From: Candidatus Heimdallarchaeota archaeon
GTDB lineage: Archaea > Asgardarchaeota > Heimdallarchaeia > Hodarchaeales > Hodarchaeaceae
Reading direction: 5' to 3'
DNA length: 64,000 nucleotides
Assembly: GCA_020353515.1 (NCBI GenBank)
Contig: CP070695.1
Coordinates: 1,864,041 to 1,928,040 of the forward strand
Part shown: positions 61,680-64,000 of the stretch, piece by piece
How positions within the stretch are numbered: position 1 is the stretch's first letter
Layout: each line of letters starts with the position of its first letter
Made by a program: the position numbers and the translations under genes
Notes under the pieces: model-generated
What the model saw: the letters and a program-made list of their open reading frames with translations, nothing else
Databases searched by the model: none
What the model was told of the DNA's origin: nothing

Positions 61680-62612
61680 ATGGGAAATGAGGAATTCAGA
61701 CAAAACGAATATTCAAATCAACAGAAACAATTAGAATCCACTGGTTCTGAGTCTCCATCTACAACCGATAATCAATCGAACAAAATTCAAAAGTTACAAG
61801 ATCAGGTACAACAATTGCAAGATCAACTAGCGATTTATGAGACGGAATTCCAAAAAAGAGAGGAAGAGCTTAAGAAAGAATTGAAAGAAAAAACTGAAGC
61901 TTTTGATCGCCTCAATGTCGAAATGAATGATAAAACTCAATCGATGGTTGCATTGAGTAATGAAATTGAGGGGAAAAATGAGAAACTAATCAATCTTGAA
62001 GAAAGATTGAATCAAATTAAATCAGAATCTCAAAAACAAATAAATGAGAAATCTGAACAATTAATCACAATGGAACTAGAATTAAGAGAAATAAAGAATG
62101 AACTATCTGTTACGAGAGAGAAAACTCAAGAATATAAAGCAGCTCTTCAGAAAACACAAACAATGATCGATGGTCTTCAGGGTGAAAAAGAGGCCTACTT
62201 AAGTCAAATCGCGAAGATGCAAGATGTAATTCAACAGACAGAGGAAGAGATCAAGGAAATTGAAGTCAGCCATCTGGAAGTCCAAGATCAGCTAAAATTA
62301 GAAATCTCTCGAATGGAAGAACGAACAGGACAGATGAGAGAGGACTTAGTACGCGAATCGACAGGTACACTAGCAAGGGATAGACACATAAGAGTTGTTT
62401 TACAACAATCAGAATTAGGGAGAATCTTGCTCTTTTTAGTAGACTACTTTGAAAATACAAAAAAGAAATCACTTGCTTTAGACACATTATCCACCGAGGT
62501 AGGGATTCCTCCTATTATTTGCCGCACCCATCTTCGTCATCTCCATGAACTAGCAGTATGTGATTTTAATGAAGTTACAAGGGAGATAAGATTAATTAAA
62601 AGGGCAAAATAA
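61680..62612 (+). CDS. Long coiled-coil protein with a C-terminal winged-helix-like domain
   Basis: About 190 aa of E/Q/K-rich heptads, then LALDTLSTEVGIPPIICRTHLRHLHELAVCDF. Confidence 0.85.
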   Translation: MGNEEFRQNEYSNQQKQLESTGSESPSTTDNQSNKIQKLQDQVQQLQDQLAIYETEFQKREEELKKELKEKTEAFDRLNVEMNDKTQSMVALSNEIEGKNEKLINLEERLNQIKSESQKQINEKSEQLITMELELREIKNELSVTREKTQEYKAALQKTQTMIDGLQGEKEAYLSQIAKMQDVIQQTEEEIKEIEVSHLEVQDQLKLEISRMEERTGQMREDLVRESTGTLARDRHIRVVLQQSELGRILLFLVDYFENTKKKSLALDTLSTEVGIPPIICRTHLRHLHELAVCDFNEVTREIRLIKRAK

Positions 62613-62638
62613 TACCCAGATGTATTAGAAAAGGGGTC

Positions 62639-62977
62639 TTACTTCTTATACGGTTTTAAATGGATTGAAAAAACACCATTGTTACCTACAATGACTGGAG
62701 AAGAAGTTTTCTTATCAGTTTTATCCGAAAGTAACTTTTCTACATTAATATTGTATCTACCTACTTCAATTTCTTGAACTGTAAGAAAATTCATATTTTC
62801 AGCTTTTTTAACATCATGCTGAGTTTTATTCTTTGGAGGAATATTATTTCGAATTATTCGAAAAAGACGGTGTCCACATATACATCCATGAAAGAGTTCT
62901 TGGGATTTTGTAGGAGTTCGTTGACACTGAGCACATTGATACTGATTCAAGTTAATTTTACCATCAGCTAGGCTCAC
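62639..62977 (-). CDS. oapC: OapC (DUF2072) zinc-ribbon protein
   Basis: YQCAQC...GCICGHRLF and GRYNINVEKLL...GVFSIHL; lies after oapA and oapB. Start moved to GTG 62977. Confidence 0.8.
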   Translation of the reverse strand: MSLADGKINLNQYQCAQCQRTPTKSQELFHGCICGHRLFRIIRNNIPPKNKTQHDVKKAENMNFLTVQEIEVGRYNINVEKLLSDKTDKKTSSPVIVGNNGVFSIHLKPYKK

Positions 62978-62993
62978 TGTATTTCCCCAAGAC

Positions 62994-63323
62994 CTAAACA
63001 AGAGCCACTGACAGATGATCGTAATCATGAGGAGCGATAACAGTCATTTTGATGTCTTTGTGTCTAGAGAATAAACCTGAACTAGGTCCACGAATTGGAA
63101 TAGGATTAATAATTTTATATCCTAGGAAATGTTCGTGGTCAATTTGGCTCATTGCTTCTTCGATCAAAATAGCCTCTTCATTAGGGTTGAGGCCTCCTTC
63201 AAATACAACGACTCTATCTCGTCTGAGTTTTGAAATGATGAAATCGCATTTTTGTGTTGAGTTCATCCTTCGGGTTGTATTTTCGGTTACAAAATCTATT
63301 TTTAGTTCCATACTTGAGCCCAC
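62994..63323 (-). CDS. oapB: OapB (DUF2073) protein
   Basis: VVVFEGGLNPNEEAILIEEAMSQID...FLG...MTVIAP pattern. Confidence 0.85.
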   Translation of the reverse strand: MGSSMELKIDFVTENTTRRMNSTQKCDFIISKLRRDRVVVFEGGLNPNEEAILIEEAMSQIDHEHFLGYKIINPIPIRGPSSGLFSRHKDIKMTVIAPHDYDHLSVALV

Positions 63324-63938
63324 CTACGTACTGGCTATAGAAAGGATACTCCCATAGAGCTCATTCATCCCGCTGCCTTCTTTCGCGGAAATAGGGATTA
63401 TAGCACTTTGGAAAGTCTCCTCTACAAGGCTTGTATCAGCTTCAGGCAAATCTGTCTTGTTTGCGGCTACAATCAATGGAATATTCCTTGCTTCTAAGTT
63501 TCCAAGGACAGTCCAATTAATTTGATCAAATGGGGCTCTAGCAGCATCAACCACAACGATTGCAGCATCTAGTTTGTCAAGTGATTGGATAGCTTTTATA
63601 ACGCCCCTTGTTGCTTCTTTGGCACGTTCTATACTCTCCTGTCGTGACAATCCAAAGGATTGGAACTCACGATAATCGACCGATGTAGCGATACCTGGTG
63701 TATCAACCACTGTAAGATCAATGGAACCACTATGATCTGAGACCGTACAATGTTCTAATGCTACCACATCACGTGTTTCATGAGGAATTGGGCTAACATC
63801 TCCAAGAGGTGTTCCATTCCCACATTCATTAGAAATTCTGTTTGCTAGCGTAGTTTTTCCAGCATTGGGGGCCCCTAAAATGCCAATTGTTAGTTTTGAT
63901 TTACGACTTCGTGCAAAGATCCGCGAAAGGATACTCAT
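63324..63938 (-). CDS. oapA: OapA Era-like GTP-binding protein
   Basis: GAPNAGKTTLAN, IPHETR, DTPG, RAKEATRGV, NKTD and ISA motifs. ATG 63938 follows a GGAGGT SD. Confidence 0.9.
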   Translation of the reverse strand: MSILSRIFARSRKSKLTIGILGAPNAGKTTLANRISNECGNGTPLGDVSPIPHETRDVVALEHCTVSDHSGSIDLTVVDTPGIATSVDYREFQSFGLSRQESIERAKEATRGVIKAIQSLDKLDAAIVVVDAARAPFDQINWTVLGNLEARNIPLIVAANKTDLPEADTSLVEETFQSAIIPISAKEGSGMNELYGSILSIAST

Positions 63939-64000
63939 GAGTTTTTTACCTCCAGTCATATACATTAATATTCGATTACTGAGTTACATCTTGACTTCCT

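Noticed and set aside
1-64000. rRNA, tRNA, CRISPR arrays, transposases/integrases, and the remaining 60-145 aa ORFs nested in long genes
   Set aside because: No such RNA genes, repeat-spacer arrays or mobile-element motifs were seen by eye (tRNAscan-SE/Infernal would be decisive). The nested ORFs are shadows of well-supported genes.

Overview
A gene-dense, AT-rich archaeal chromosomal segment, most likely from an Asgard archaeon (Heimdallarchaeia-like; inferred from Rab- and Arf-type small GTPases, longin-like domains, a eukaryote-like AsnRS and PGF-type C-terminal sorting signals). It carries two MacB/LolCDE-type ABC systems, two oligo/dipeptide ABC systems, a five-gene amino-acid operon (unknown protein, aminotransferase, homoserine dehydrogenase, tungsten aldehyde oxidoreductase, PatB/MalY lyase), cysS, asnS, an archaeosortase, lplA, a KaiC-like ATPase, sugar-nucleotide genes and the oapABC cluster at the right edge. 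I found no rRNA, tRNA, CRISPR array or transposase. The best leads are: (1) both peptide-binding proteins are circularly permuted at the same point and anchored at the C-terminus; (2) a 1917-aa subtilase with all four catalytic residues substituted; (3) a signal peptide + FKBP-like + TM + RING-like protein; (4) a longin/DENN-like region fused to an ABC ATPase; (5) the homoserine dehydrogenase/AOR operon; (6) an HTH + polyproline + zinc-ribbon protein with an operator-like array upstream. All domain calls come from reading motifs by eye; no database search was run.
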